Assembly (NCBI GenBank): GCA_963822965.1
Contig: CAWGJT010000015.1
Span: forward strand, 128,001 to 192,000
DNA length: 64,000 bases
Source: an uncultured delta proteobacterium
GTDB taxonomy: Bacteria > Myxococcota_A > UBA9160 > UBA4427
Reading direction: 5' to 3'
Of this stretch, positions 53,827 to 64,000 are shown piece by piece. Every line of letters starts with the position of its first letter. Position 1 is the first letter of the stretch. The notes under the pieces are model-generated. The model ran no database searches. It saw only the letters and a program-made list of their open reading frames with translations, and was not told the DNA's origin. The position numbers and the translations under genes are program-made.

Positions 53827-54603
53827 TCAGACCGGGATCAGCAGGCCCTCGCTGTTCGAGCCCGGGTGGGCCCGCGCCGGCGGCGTGATGCCGAGACGCT
53901 CGCGCACCTGGGCGAGCGGCAGCGGCAGCAGGCCCTCCAGGTCCTGCGCGGCCAGCAGCCGCGCGCGTCGCCCGCGCCGGACGGCCTGCCAGGCGTTGCG
54001 GGGGCGGATGCGACCGGAGAGGACGGACATCACCACGAAGATCGGCAACGCACGATCGTTGACGCGCTGCGGGAGCGAGAAGCACATCAGCGCCGATTCA
54101 CCCGCGTGGGTGGCGTCGTAGCCGGCGAGCACGTGCCAGAGATCGTGCATCACGGTGAAGCGATCCGAGAGCCACCGGCGCACCGGGTCCAGATCGAGAT
54201 AGTCGCGCGACATCTCGTGCTGCGATTCGATCAACGCGCGCGGATCGAGGCCGTGCCGCTCGCTGAAGGCGAGGAACGCGCGACCGAGGCTGCCTTCGGG
54301 CAGGGCGCGCAGGGCCTCGCAGTCGGCGAGCGCATCCACCAGGCTGCCCCGATGCGCCATGAGCCGTCGCCCCTCCGCACACGCGAGGATGCGCCGCAGC
54401 TGGCGCTCGTCGCTCATGCCGCCGAGCGCGTCCGCCACCGAGAACGCGGCGTCGAGCACCTTGGCGGGATCGGCCTCCCAAAGGATCGCGAGCTGCCGTC
54501 CCAGGCGCCGCCACTGCACCGGACGCGGGCGCGCCTCGGGCAGGTCGGCGACGGCGGCCGGGCCGCGCTCGAGCGGAGCGCGGGTCGCGCGTGCGTGGGT
54601 CAT
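53827..54603 (-). CDS. Coq4 family protein
   Basis: LP.GSLGRAF, HDLWHVLAGY....GE (HDxxH-x-E zinc motif). Confidence 0.85.
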   Translation of the reverse strand: MTHARATRAPLERGPAAVADLPEARPRPVQWRRLGRQLAILWEADPAKVLDAAFSVADALGGMSDERQLRRILACAEGRRLMAHRGSLVDALADCEALRALPEGSLGRAFLAFSERHGLDPRALIESQHEMSRDYLDLDPVRRWLSDRFTVMHDLWHVLAGYDATHAGESALMCFSLPQRVNDRALPIFVVMSVLSGRIRPRNAWQAVRRGRRARLLAAQDLEGLLPLPLAQVRERLGITPPARAHPGSNSEGLLIPV

Positions 54604-55268
54604 GAACGGCCCTCCCCGGCCCGACCGGCGCGCAGCCCGGCAACGAGCGCCGCGAGCGCCCGGTGACCGACGTCGATGGCGGCTTCGCGCGTGACCTCTC
54701 CCGCGCGGTGACGTGCCAGCAGCTCGGCGAGCAGACCCATCGCCGAGCGCACCACGAGCGCGGCCTCGAGCGGGCCGAGCCCCGCTTCCCGGAGCGGCGC
54801 GATCCAGCTCGCCTCGAAGCGCGCCGACTCACCCTCGAGATGCTCCTTCAGCTCGGCGGCCAGGCTCGGCGAGGCCCGCAAGACGAGGCCGCCGGCGCCG
54901 ATCTCCGTCACCACGTCCCAGATGGCCTCGAGCAGCGGGCGGGCCTCGTCGCCGCGCGCGAGACCGCGCATGCCGGCCCGCTGCGCGGCGGGCCCCTGCC
55001 GCTGCTCGAGCCGCTCGTAGAACTCGGAGACCACCGCCAGGCACAGGTCCTCGCGGCGGGGGAAGTAGCGGTAGACGAGCGACCGCGCGCAGCCGGCCAG
55101 CTCGGCCACCCGGGGCATGCGCAGGGCGTCGAGCCCCTCGTTCTCGATTACGTGGGCAGCCACCCGAACGAGCTGCCCGCGACGAAGCGCGCCGGGGGAC
55201 GCCAGCGCGAAGGCGGCGTCCGCGGCATCCCGAGCGTCGGCAGCGCCAGCAGAGCCCATGACTGACAT
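54600..55268 (-). CDS. TetR/AcrR family regulator
   Basis: EGLDALRM..VAELAGCARSLVYRYFP HTH; ATGA overlap with the coq4-like gene. Confidence 0.88.
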   Translation of the reverse strand: MSVMGSAGAADARDAADAAFALASPGALRRGQLVRVAAHVIENEGLDALRMPRVAELAGCARSLVYRYFPRREDLCLAVVSEFYERLEQRQGPAAQRAGMRGLARGDEARPLLEAIWDVVTEIGAGGLVLRASPSLAAELKEHLEGESARFEASWIAPLREAGLGPLEAALVVRSAMGLLAELLARHRAGEVTREAAIDVGHRALAALVAGLRAGRAGEGRS

Positions 55269-55282
55269 GGTCTCCCACGCGC

Positions 55283-55301
55283 TGACGATTTGTCAATTGA
55301 C
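55283..55301. promoter_or_regulatory. Candidate TetR operator/promoter element
   Basis: TGAC-N5-GTCA plus GTCAATTGAC palindrome; includes minus-strand TTGACA just upstream of tetR. Confidence 0.45.
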
Positions 55302-56031
55302 CCTGCTGCTCCGCCCCGGACCAGTACCCCGAGCTGCGGGCACGATCCGGGGAGCCGGGAGGCAGGGGTCGATCTACGGGGAGCTGCTGGCCCATCCGCT
55401 CGAGCTGGACGTTGCGATCCGACTCGTTCAGCGTGGAGACGAGCGTACTCGCCATGCCGGTGATGCGATTGCGCTCGGCTTCCGAGGCGTCCGGGGGGAG
55501 GTTCTGCGCGGCGAGGAGGGCGGCGAGCGCCGCATCCTCCATCGCCTTCTGCTGGTAGTCCTGCCGCGCCTGATCGACGAGGGCCGACGGAACCGAGCCC
55601 TCGGGCACGGCTTGCTGCGCCTTCTGGGCGAGCAGGCCGGGATCGACGAGCCCCTCCGAGACGGCGTAGCTCGCCACCCGGGACTTCGCCTCGGCCAGGG
55701 CCTCCGGATCGATGTCGGACCCCGGCGGGTCCTCGAAGCCCGGCAGGTCGGGGTAGGGATCGACGGCCGGACGCCGCTCGGCGAGCGCGTCGGCTCTCTC
55801 GCCGGAGGGGGCCGGCGCCCGGGAGACGGCTGCGACGGGCTCGGGCTCGGACGAGAAGCCAGCCGGCGGAGGCCGCGAGGCGGCGCCGGGCCCCTGGACA
55901 CCGCTGCCGGAGGTCTGCCGGGGTGCGGCGGCACCGGGCCCGACGGCATCCGAGCCCGCGACGAGCCACCAGGCGACGGCTGCCGCCACCACCCCGACCA
56001 CGAGCGAGCCCACGATTGCAACCAGCCGCAT
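55300..56031 (-). CDS. Hypothetical membrane-anchored/exported protein; 3' end uncertain
   Basis: MRLVAIVGSLVVG.. TM segment, Pro/Ala linker, helical domain; upstream TATACT; first in-frame stop is at 54829, inside tetR. Confidence 0.5.
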
Positions 56032-56089
56032 GTCCGGCTCTCCCGGCCGGCCAGTATACACCCGGGGCAGGCGATTCCCGGAAAGCCCG

Positions 56090-57148
56090 TCACAGGCGGG
56101 GCATCACCTCGCGCGCGAAGAGCGCCACCGAGGCCATGGCCTCCTCCTGGCTCATGCTGCCGTACTTCGGGATCACCAGGACATCGTGGTCGCAGCCGAG
56201 AATCTCCTTCTGCGCCCGCAGCTGCTCGACGATCTGCTCCGGCGTGCCGTAGGTGTTCACGCTCGCGTAGATCTCGGCCATCTTCTCGAGACCCATCGCC
56301 TCGATCGCCTCGGCGGCGTTGCCGTAGTACTCGTAGCCCCGGGTGTGCTGGAAGTGCGCCCCGCCGATCTCGTAGTGCTCGGCGACGGTGGCGAAGTACT
56401 CCTTCACGTAGCGCTCGCCCAGCTCCTGCGCGCGTCCCGGGTCGGCGTCGCAGTAGACGAGCTGACCGCAGAAGGGAACCGGCGGCTCGCTGTCGCGCAG
56501 GGAGCGCCACCTCTCCTGGTACGGAACGAGGGCCTGCTCCCGGAACACCTCCCAGGGCGCCTGGGCGAGGCACATGAGCTGGGCGCCGAGCACCGCCGCC
56601 TGGACCGCCGAGTCCGGCGAGACGCCGATCGAGTAGACGCGATCCGCGAAGCCGCGGGTGGGCCGCGGGCGCAGGTCGCAGCGCGGTCGCTGGAAGAACT
56701 CCGTGTCCGCCTCGAAGAACCCCTTCTCGAGCGCCTCGAGGACCAGTGCGGTCCCCTGATCGAAGCGGCCCCGAGCCTCGTCCATGGGGACGCCCATGCG
56801 CTCGTACTCGCGGCGCGAGAGTCCCCGTCCGAAGCCCAGCAGGGCCCGCCCGCCGCTCTGCTGGTCGAGCAGCGCCATCTTCGCCGCCACCCGATAGGGG
56901 TCGTTCCAGGGCATGATGACGGCGCCGGTACCGAGGCGGATGCGCTGGGTGCAGGCCGCCACCTGGGCGAGCCACTGCAGATTGTCCGGGCACATGGAGT
57001 ACCCGAAGAAGTGGTGCTCGGTCGCCCAGTAGCTGTCGTAGCCCAGCTCGTCGGCGGCGCGGGCGAGCGCGAGCTCGCCCTGCATCACCTCGCCGTCGTC
57101 GCGCTCGTCGCGGTAGTTCTGGAAGATCGAAAGCAGTCCGAAGTGCAT
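56090..57148 (-). CDS. LLM class flavin-dependent oxidoreductase
   Basis: MHFGLL, TEHHF..YSMCPD, PW.DP.RVA, LGFGRG. Confidence 0.92.
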   Translation of the reverse strand: MHFGLLSIFQNYRDERDDGEVMQGELALARAADELGYDSYWATEHHFFGYSMCPDNLQWLAQVAACTQRIRLGTGAVIMPWNDPYRVAAKMALLDQQSGGRALLGFGRGLSRREYERMGVPMDEARGRFDQGTALVLEALEKGFFEADTEFFQRPRCDLRPRPTRGFADRVYSIGVSPDSAVQAAVLGAQLMCLAQAPWEVFREQALVPYQERWRSLRDSEPPVPFCGQLVYCDADPGRAQELGERYVKEYFATVAEHYEIGGAHFQHTRGYEYYGNAAEAIEAMGLEKMAEIYASVNTYGTPEQIVEQLRAQKEILGCDHDVLVIPKYGSMSQEEAMASVALFAREVMPRL

Positions 57149-57268
57149 GGGGGCTCCGCCCGTGGGTTCTCGGGCAGTGCAGCAGACCCGGAGCCGCTTG
57201 GCCAATCCGGCGGGCGCCGGCGCTGAAGCCCCTTCAGTGCGTTCGCGCCGCGCCGCGACCCCGACGGA

Positions 57269-58311
<1,043 letters not shown>

Positions 58312-58315
<4 letters not shown>

Positions 58316-59004
58316 GATCGGGACTCCTCGCTGGGATCGGAAGGGGACGACGGGGGACGAACGCCCAGGTGGGCGAGCAAGGAATGCACGAGCTCGCGGG
58401 TCAGCCGCTCGTCGGAGAGGGGCACGACCTCGACCTCCATGCCGTAGGCGCTGTAGCGCTGGTTCAGGACGGCGAAGGTCGTCTGGATCGCGAAGCTCGC
58501 AGCCATCTCGGGCTCGGGGTGCGTGATCTCGTCGCGGCGCTCGAGCAGCAGCTGCGACCAGGCGCGCATGACGTACAGCGAGAGCCGCAGGGTGCGCTCC
58601 CGGAAGACCGGATCGACCAGGGTGCGCAGATAGGTGGCGCGCTCGAGCCCGGCCCGCTCGCTGAAGATCTGCACCAGGAACGGGACGATGGCCTCCGCGA
58701 TGTCGGCGATCCCCGCCCCGGCCCAGCGGTCGCGGTCGAGGGCTTCGTCCGCGGTCGCATAGGCTTCCTCGCAGTAGCGCTCGTGGAGCGCGTGGAGAAC
58801 CGCGTCCTTGTCCTTCAGCCGGCGGTAGAAGGCACCCACCGACGAGCCCGCGTGTCGCGCGATCTCGGCCACCGAGAGATCGTCGAAGCCCTTCTGCTCG
58901 AGCAGCTGCTCCGCGGAGTCGAGCAGCCGGGCGAGGGTCTCGTGGGTGCGCGCCTGGCGCGGCGGGCGAATCCAGCGGAGCTGTCGGGACGGAATGGCAG
59001 CCAT
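58312..59004 (-). CDS. TetR/AcrR family regulator
   Basis: P.QAR..ET..RLLD.A, SVAEIA..AGSSVGAFY. Start uncertain. Confidence 0.9.
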
Positions 59005-59057
59005 GCGACCCCAGAATGCGATGCCAGCAGGCCGGCCTCCCCGAGAGCTCCTCAAGG

Positions 59058-59083
59058 ATCGGAACCGGAACTACGGTTCCGAT
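59058..59083. promoter_or_regulatory. Inverted-repeat operator (ATCGGAACCG-N6-CGGTTCCGAT)
   Basis: Perfect 10-bp arms in the divergent region; overlaps the -10 of a minus-strand TTGACA-N16-CATAAT promoter (59082-59109). Confidence 0.75.
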
Positions 59084-59195
59084 TATGACGAAGCCTGGCG
59101 GGCTGTCAAGGCACGGTGAGGGCCCCGCGGGTCACGATCGGGCGGCCGGAGACGTGCCCGCTGGTAGCATCGGGACCCTTTTCGGGGAGGACGAG

Positions 59196-60161
59196 ATGCA
59201 GCGCTTCGATGGAAGGATCGCCGTCGTGACGGGCGGCGGGACCGGCATGGGGCGCGAGCTCGTGCACCAGCTCGCAGCGGCCGGATGCCACGTCGCCACC
59301 TGCGATCTGTCGGCGGAGAACATGGCCCAGACCCGGGAGCGGGCGCTTCGCGACGCGCCCGCGGGCACCCGCGTCACGACCTTCGTGGCCGACGTCTCCC
59401 AGGAGCCCGAGGTGCTCGCCTTCCAGCGCGCGGTCGCCGAGGGCCACGAGAGCGACCACATCCACCTGCTCTTCAACAACGCGGGGATCGGCGGCGGCGG
59501 CAGCCTGATCGAGTCCGAACGCGACGAGTGGGAGAAGACGTTCGCGGTGTGCTGGGGCGGCGTGTACCTGTGCACGCGAGCCTTCCTGCCGATGCTGCTC
59601 GCGAGCCCGGAAGGTCATCTCGTGAACACCAGCAGCGTGAACGGCTTCTGGGCCTCGCTCGGCCCCCAGAGCGCACACACGGCCTACAGCGCCGCGAAGT
59701 TCGCCGTCAAGGGATTCAGCGAAGCCCTCGTGAACGACTTCCGCCTGAACGCGCCGCATCTCAAGGTATCCGTGGTGATGCCCGGGCACATCGGCACGTC
59801 GATCATCATCAATTCCCAGCGCATCCTCGGCAACGATCCCAAGGAGATGAGCGACGGCGAGCTCGCCGAGGCGCGCGACCGCCTGTTGCGTCTCGGCCTG
59901 CCCGTGGAGGGCGTCACGAACGATCAGATCCGCCAGGCCCTGGTGCTCGTGGGCGAGGGCTTCCGCGACAACGCCCCGATGACGGCGGCCGAGGCGGCGA
60001 CGGTGATCCTCGACGGCGTGCGCGAGGAACGCTGGCGCATCCTGGTGGGCCAGGACGCCGAGGTGCTGGACCGCATGGTGCGGGAGACGCCGGAAGAGGC
60101 CTACGAGCCTTCGTTCATGGAACGGCTGCGTGCGGAGACGCCGTGGGGGCTGGGGCAATGA
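59196..60161 (+). CDS. SDR family oxidoreductase
   Basis: GGAGG SD; TGGGTGMG, NNAG, YSAAK. Confidence 0.93.
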   Translation: MQRFDGRIAVVTGGGTGMGRELVHQLAAAGCHVATCDLSAENMAQTRERALRDAPAGTRVTTFVADVSQEPEVLAFQRAVAEGHESDHIHLLFNNAGIGGGGSLIESERDEWEKTFAVCWGGVYLCTRAFLPMLLASPEGHLVNTSSVNGFWASLGPQSAHTAYSAAKFAVKGFSEALVNDFRLNAPHLKVSVVMPGHIGTSIIINSQRILGNDPKEMSDGELAEARDRLLRLGLPVEGVTNDQIRQALVLVGEGFRDNAPMTAAEAATVILDGVREERWRILVGQDAEVLDRMVRETPEEAYEPSFMERLRAETPWGLGQ

Positions 60162-60216
60162 GCCACCGCGCGGTCGCCGCCGGGCCCCCTGCGCACGCGT
60201 CGGCCCGGGAGGTCCG

Positions 60217-61182
60217 ATGCGGATCTTCGTGACGGGGGCCTCGGGCTTCATCGGCGGGGCCATCACCCGGGCGCTCGCGCCGAAGCACGACGTCTACGCC
60301 ATGTCCCGTTCCGAGAAGAGCGATGCGGCGATCGCCGCCCTCGGCGCGCGGCCGGTCCGCTGCGACCTCACGAGCCTCGAGCCGGGAGCCCTCCCGGAGG
60401 TCGACGCGGTGATCCACTGTGCGGCGTGGGTCGAAGCGTGGGGAAGCCGTGCGGACTACGAGGCCGCGAACGTCGCCGGCACCGAGCGCGTGCTCGCGGC
60501 GGCGCGCAAGGCCTTTGCCAAGCGCTTCGTGCACATCAGCACCGAGGCGGTGCTGTGGCGCGGACAGCACATGCGCGACGTCGACGAGACGGCGCCCTAC
60601 CCCGCGCGCACGCCCTACCTCTACGCCGAGACCAAGGCGCGGGCCGAGCGGCTCGTGCTGGCCGCCGACGAAGACGGCTTCACGACCCTCGCTCTGAGGC
60701 CCCGCCTGGTGTGGGGCCCCGGCGACCGCACCCTGGTGCCCGAGGTGAAGGAGATGGTCGCGTCGGGCGCCTTCGTCTGGCTCGACGGGGGACGCGCCCG
60801 CACGTCGACGACCCACATCGACAACCTGGTCCGGGCCGTCATCCTCGCGCTCGAGAACGGACGCGGCGGCCAGGCCTACTTCGTGACCGACGGCCCCGTG
60901 ACGGACTTCCGCACCTTCGTGACACGGCTGATGGCGGCCCACGGGGTGCCCATGCCGGAGCGGTCGCTCCCGAGCTGGGTCGCGCGCCCGGTCGCGGCCG
61001 CCATCGAGGGCGCCTGGCGGCTGCTCGGACTGCGCAGCAAGCCACCGCTCACCCGGCACGCCGTCGACCTGCTGTGCTGCGACTGCACCCTGCGCGACGA
61101 CAAGGCCCGGGCCGAGCTGGGCTACGCCCCGGTGCGGACGGTGGAGCAAGGCCTGACCGAGCTGACGGCGTCCGCGCCGTAG
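60217..61182 (+). CDS. NAD-dependent epimerase/dehydratase (3-beta-HSD-like extended SDR)
   Basis: GGAGG SD; TGASGFIG, HCAA, YAETK, RPRLVWGPGD. Confidence 0.9.
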   Translation: MRIFVTGASGFIGGAITRALAPKHDVYAMSRSEKSDAAIAALGARPVRCDLTSLEPGALPEVDAVIHCAAWVEAWGSRADYEAANVAGTERVLAAARKAFAKRFVHISTEAVLWRGQHMRDVDETAPYPARTPYLYAETKARAERLVLAADEDGFTTLALRPRLVWGPGDRTLVPEVKEMVASGAFVWLDGGRARTSTTHIDNLVRAVILALENGRGGQAYFVTDGPVTDFRTFVTRLMAAHGVPMPERSLPSWVARPVAAAIEGAWRLLGLRSKPPLTRHAVDLLCCDCTLRDDKARAELGYAPVRTVEQGLTELTASAP

Positions 61183-61191
61183 CGAGCCCGC

Positions 61192-63021
61192 TCAGAGGCC
61201 GCGGCGCGGATCCCGGAGAGCCCCGAGAAGCCCTGCGACCCGGTCGAGCAGCGCGTCCGGCGTGAACGGCTTCTCGAGCAGCTCGATCTCCGACGAGACG
61301 CCGCTGTCGGCGAGCACGTTGGACGTGTAGCCCGAGACGAGGATCACCCGGATGCCGGGACGCTCGTGGGACACGAGCTTCGCCAGCTGCAGGCCGTTCA
61401 TGCCGGGCATGATGACGTCGGAGATCAGCAGCTCTACGGGCTCGTCGCGCCCGCGCAGCCAGGCGAGAGCCTCCTCGGCGGTCCCCGCGTCGAAGACCCG
61501 GTAGCCGGCTCCGGCGAGCGCGCGGTGGATCACGCGTCGCACGTGGACGTCGTCCTCGCAGAGCAGAACCCTCGAGGCGGACGGCGGACGCGGCTCGGCC
61601 GCTTCCATCGCTCCCACCTCACGAGCCTTCCCCAGGGCGGTCGGCAGGTGGAGTCGGAACGTCGTGCCCAGGTCGAGCTCGCTCTCCACGGTGATGTGTC
61701 CGCCCGCCTGGGTGACGATGCCGTGAGCCGAGGCGAGGCCGAGCCCCGTTCCGTGTCCCACCCCCTTGGTGGTGAAGAAGGGGTCGAAGATGCTCTCGAG
61801 ATCGTTCGGGTGGATCCCGATTCCGGTGTCCGCGACCGAGATCACCAGATGCTCGCCGGGATGCGCGTTGGGGTCGCGCGCAGCCCCGCGATCGTCGAGA
61901 TGGACGCGCGTGGTCTCGAGGGTGATCTCGCCGCCCCGGGGCATGGCGTCGCGCGCGTTGAGAACCAGGTTCATCAGCACCTGCTCGAGCTGCCCTGCAT
62001 CGATGCGGATGTGCCCTCCCCCGGCGCCGTAGACGGTCCGAAGCGTGACGTCCTCGCGCATGAGGCGGATCAGCATGGGCTCCAGTCGCTCGATGGTCCG
62101 GTCGGGATCGACGATCTCCGGCACGCCCGACTGCCGGCGCGAGAACGCCAGCAGCTGGCGCGTCAATGCGCTCGCGCGCTCGGCCGAGATGCGGATCTCG
62201 GTGATCTGCTCCAGCTCTTCGCCGCCCAGGGGCCGACCCGTCGCCGCGAAGTCCTCGAGCATCTCGCTCTCCCCCAGCATCACCGTCAGGATGTTGTTGA
62301 AGTCGTGGGCGATACCGCCCGTCAGGCGCCCGAGCGCCTCGAGCTTCTGCGCGCGCTGCAGAGTCACCTCGGTCTCCACGCGCCGCTTCATCTCCTCCTC
62401 GAGCCGCAGGGATTTCTGCGCGGCGTCCTTCCGCGCCGCGTGCAGCGTGCGGACGAAGATCTGGAGGAAAGCGGCGGCCAGCGCCAGCACCGCGCTCAAG
62501 GCCAGCCAGGTCGTGAAACGCGTGCCCACGATGTGCGGCGCGGGCAGGAAGCCGCCGTCCCGGGCGATCTCGAAGGCCAGCAGCGAGAGCGAGGTCACGA
62601 CCGCCATGCCAATGGCCGCGGGGCCGCTCCACAGGAAGCCGGTCAGCATGATGCTGAGAACCGCCATGCTGAGCTGCGGGCTCGCGATGCCGCCGATCGC
62701 GAAGCTCGCCCACGCGGTCACCCCCCAGGCCAGCAGCGAAAAGAGTACACCCGCGGTCTTGATCCAGCCCAGATGGAGCACCACGAAGATCACCACCGAG
62801 CCGAGCATCGTGGTCAGGTACAGGGGCAGCACGTAGGGGATGTTGGTGGCGGTCTCCGTCAGCGGGACCAGGGCCGTCAGCGGCACCACCGTGACCATGC
62901 CGGCGATGGCCAGCCAGTGGGCGACCCGCGCCCGCAGTGCCTCCTCCGGGTCGTCCGAGGGCGGCGGCGACAGCCAGCGGCGGTAGCGCTGCGGCGAGGC
63001 CTGTCGAGGGAGGTCGCGCAT
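61192..63021 (-). CDS. Membrane hybrid sensor histidine kinase (HisKA-HATPase-REC)
   Basis: Several TM helices; [50 protein letters not shown]. Confidence 0.93.
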   Translation of the reverse strand: MRDLPRQASPQRYRRWLSPPPSDDPEEALRARVAHWLAIAGMVTVVPLTALVPLTETATNIPYVLPLYLTTMLGSVVIFVVLHLGWIKTAGVLFSLLAWGVTAWASFAIGGIASPQLSMAVLSIMLTGFLWSGPAAIGMAVVTSLSLLAFEIARDGGFLPAPHIVGTRFTTWLALSAVLALAAAFLQIFVRTLHAARKDAAQKSLRLEEEMKRRVETEVTLQRAQKLEALGRLTGGIAHDFNNILTVMLGESEMLEDFAATGRPLGGEELEQITEIRISAERASALTRQLLAFSRRQSGVPEIVDPDRTIERLEPMLIRLMREDVTLRTVYGAGGGHIRIDAGQLEQVLMNLVLNARDAMPRGGEITLETTRVHLDDRGAARDPNAHPGEHLVISVADTGIGIHPNDLESIFDPFFTTKGVGHGTGLGLASAHGIVTQAGGHITVESELDLGTTFRLHLPTALGKAREVGAMEAAEPRPPSASRVLLCEDDVHVRRVIHRALAGAGYRVFDAGTAEEALAWLRGRDEPVELLISDVIMPGMNGLQLAKLVSHERPGIRVILVSGYTSNVLADSGVSSEIELLEKPFTPDALLDRVAGLLGALRDPRRGL

Positions 63022-63097
63022 CTCGCTCGCATCATGGCACAGAAGGAGAGCCTGGGGGGGGACACGGATTGCTCCGCCCCTCCGCGCAGCCTGCCGG

Positions 63098-63586
63098 CTA
63101 GCCGGTGGCGTCTGGTCTCCCGCCCCGGTGCCGTCGTCGGCGCCGCCGACCACCTGCCGGCGCCTCGCGCACGCCGCCGCCCCGGCGCTCCCGCGCGAGC
63201 GCGCGTTCGAACGCGGGCAGGTGGTTCTCCTGGGATGCCGCGAGAAGACGCCGAAACGTCTCTTCCACGTCGGCGTGGCCGGCGGCCGCTTCCATCAGCC
63301 GCTCGTACAGATCCGCGTTCTCGCGTTCCGCCTCCAGCGCGGCTTCGCAAGCGGCTTCGAGCGACGCCGGTGCCGAAACCCGCGACGGCCACGGATCCGC
63401 CGGGATCTTCACGCCGTGGCGTTCGCAGAGGCGCCGGAGGGCCTGGATGTGTCGTTCTTCCGACTCCACGATGTTGACGAAGGGCCGCACGTCGCCATAG
63501 GCATCGAGCACGGCGCGGTAGGTCGCGCGCGCTCGGTACTCATCGTCGAGGGCCGCGGCCAGCGCGTCTTCGAGCGTCATCGGCAT
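63098..63586 (-). CDS. Ferritin-like domain protein (DUF2202-like)
   Basis: DEYRARATY, PF.NI..SE.RH, AEREN..LY, ASQENHLPAF; GGAGG SD. Confidence 0.85.
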   Translation of the reverse strand: MPMTLEDALAAALDDEYRARATYRAVLDAYGDVRPFVNIVESEERHIQALRRLCERHGVKIPADPWPSRVSAPASLEAACEAALEAERENADLYERLMEAAAGHADVEETFRRLLAASQENHLPAFERALARERRGGGVREAPAGGRRRRRRHRGGRPDATG

Positions 63587-63721
63587 GGGTTCCGTCCTCC
63601 TGTGGCTGGCAGGGTGCTGAACAACCCCGCCAGCAGGCCGACCCAGGATGGGTGGCTCGTGCGCCGCAAGCGAATCCCGCAGATTCGTCGGCTGGCTGAG
63701 GCAGCCCGCTGGGCTCTCTCA

Positions 63722-63771
63722 GCGGCGGAACCGCGACCCAGGACTTCGTCCTGGGTCGCGATTCTAGCCGC
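63722..63771. repeat. REP-like long hairpin / possible terminator
   Basis: CGCGACCCAGGAC-TTC-GTCCTGGGTCGCG perfect 13-bp stem with GCGGC/GCCGC extension; related to 50130-50170. Confidence 0.65.
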
Positions 63772-64000
63772 GAACCTCGTCGGCGCCGGCTTCAATGAAG
63801 ACCTTTCGAGCGTGTTCGGCGTGCTCGTGCTCCGCCGGGACCGCCACGATGACGCCACCCTTCTTCAGCGCCTCGGCATGGATGTGAGCCTCGTCCTTCC
63901 AGAAGCCGAGCCCCGCGAGCGCGCCAACTTCCAGCCCCACGGCCGCTCCCGCCACGGCGCCCCTCAGGGCGGCCAGCAGCGGACCGGCGGCGAAGACCAC
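63764..64000 (-). CDS. 3' end of a small membrane/general stress protein (partial)
   Basis: Gly/Ala-rich hydrophobic stretch followed by GALAGLG..EA..L..GG.IVAV; truncated by the window edge. Confidence 0.6.
   Translation of the reverse strand: MVFAAGPLLAALRGAVAGAAVGLEVGALAGLGFWKDEAHIHAEALKKGGVIVAVPAEHEHAEHARKVFIEAGADEVRG

Overview
Very GC-rich, gene-dense bacterial chromosomal window. An ExbD gene and a sigma-54-type promoter suggest a diderm bacterium, possibly Myxococcota-like; this is inference only. There are about 56 real CDS; most of the long supplied ORFs are GC-rich shadow frames. I recognised no rRNA, tRNA, CRISPR array or transposase. Content is dominated by lipid, steroid and aromatic catabolic enzymes: SDRs, LLM/F420-type oxidoreductases, acyl-CoA dehydrogenases, Rieske oxygenases, a BVMO, SnoaL proteins and ferritin-like diiron proteins. 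It also has trehalose metabolism genes, a long-form GAPDH, MBOAT/SGNH, Hsp70 and an MscS channel. Highlights: (1) A peptide-ligase/transglutaminase system with two circularly permuted ATP-grasp + alpha-E pairs (one behind a sigma-54 promoter), a DUF2126 transglutaminase, and an atypical Ntn-hydrolase (GATase-II-like)-transglutaminase fusion split by a +1 frameshift in a C6 run. (2) A selenocysteine glutathione peroxidase with an in-frame UGA and an fdhF-like SECIS, missed by the ORF track. (3) A KstR-like regulator with KstR-like operators between an ACAD pair and a KshA-like Rieske gene. (4) Purine-rich leader tandem repeats, a REP-like palindrome family, candidate leaderless genes and a BVMO gene remnant. 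Family assignments come from motifs recognised by eye; no database searches were run.
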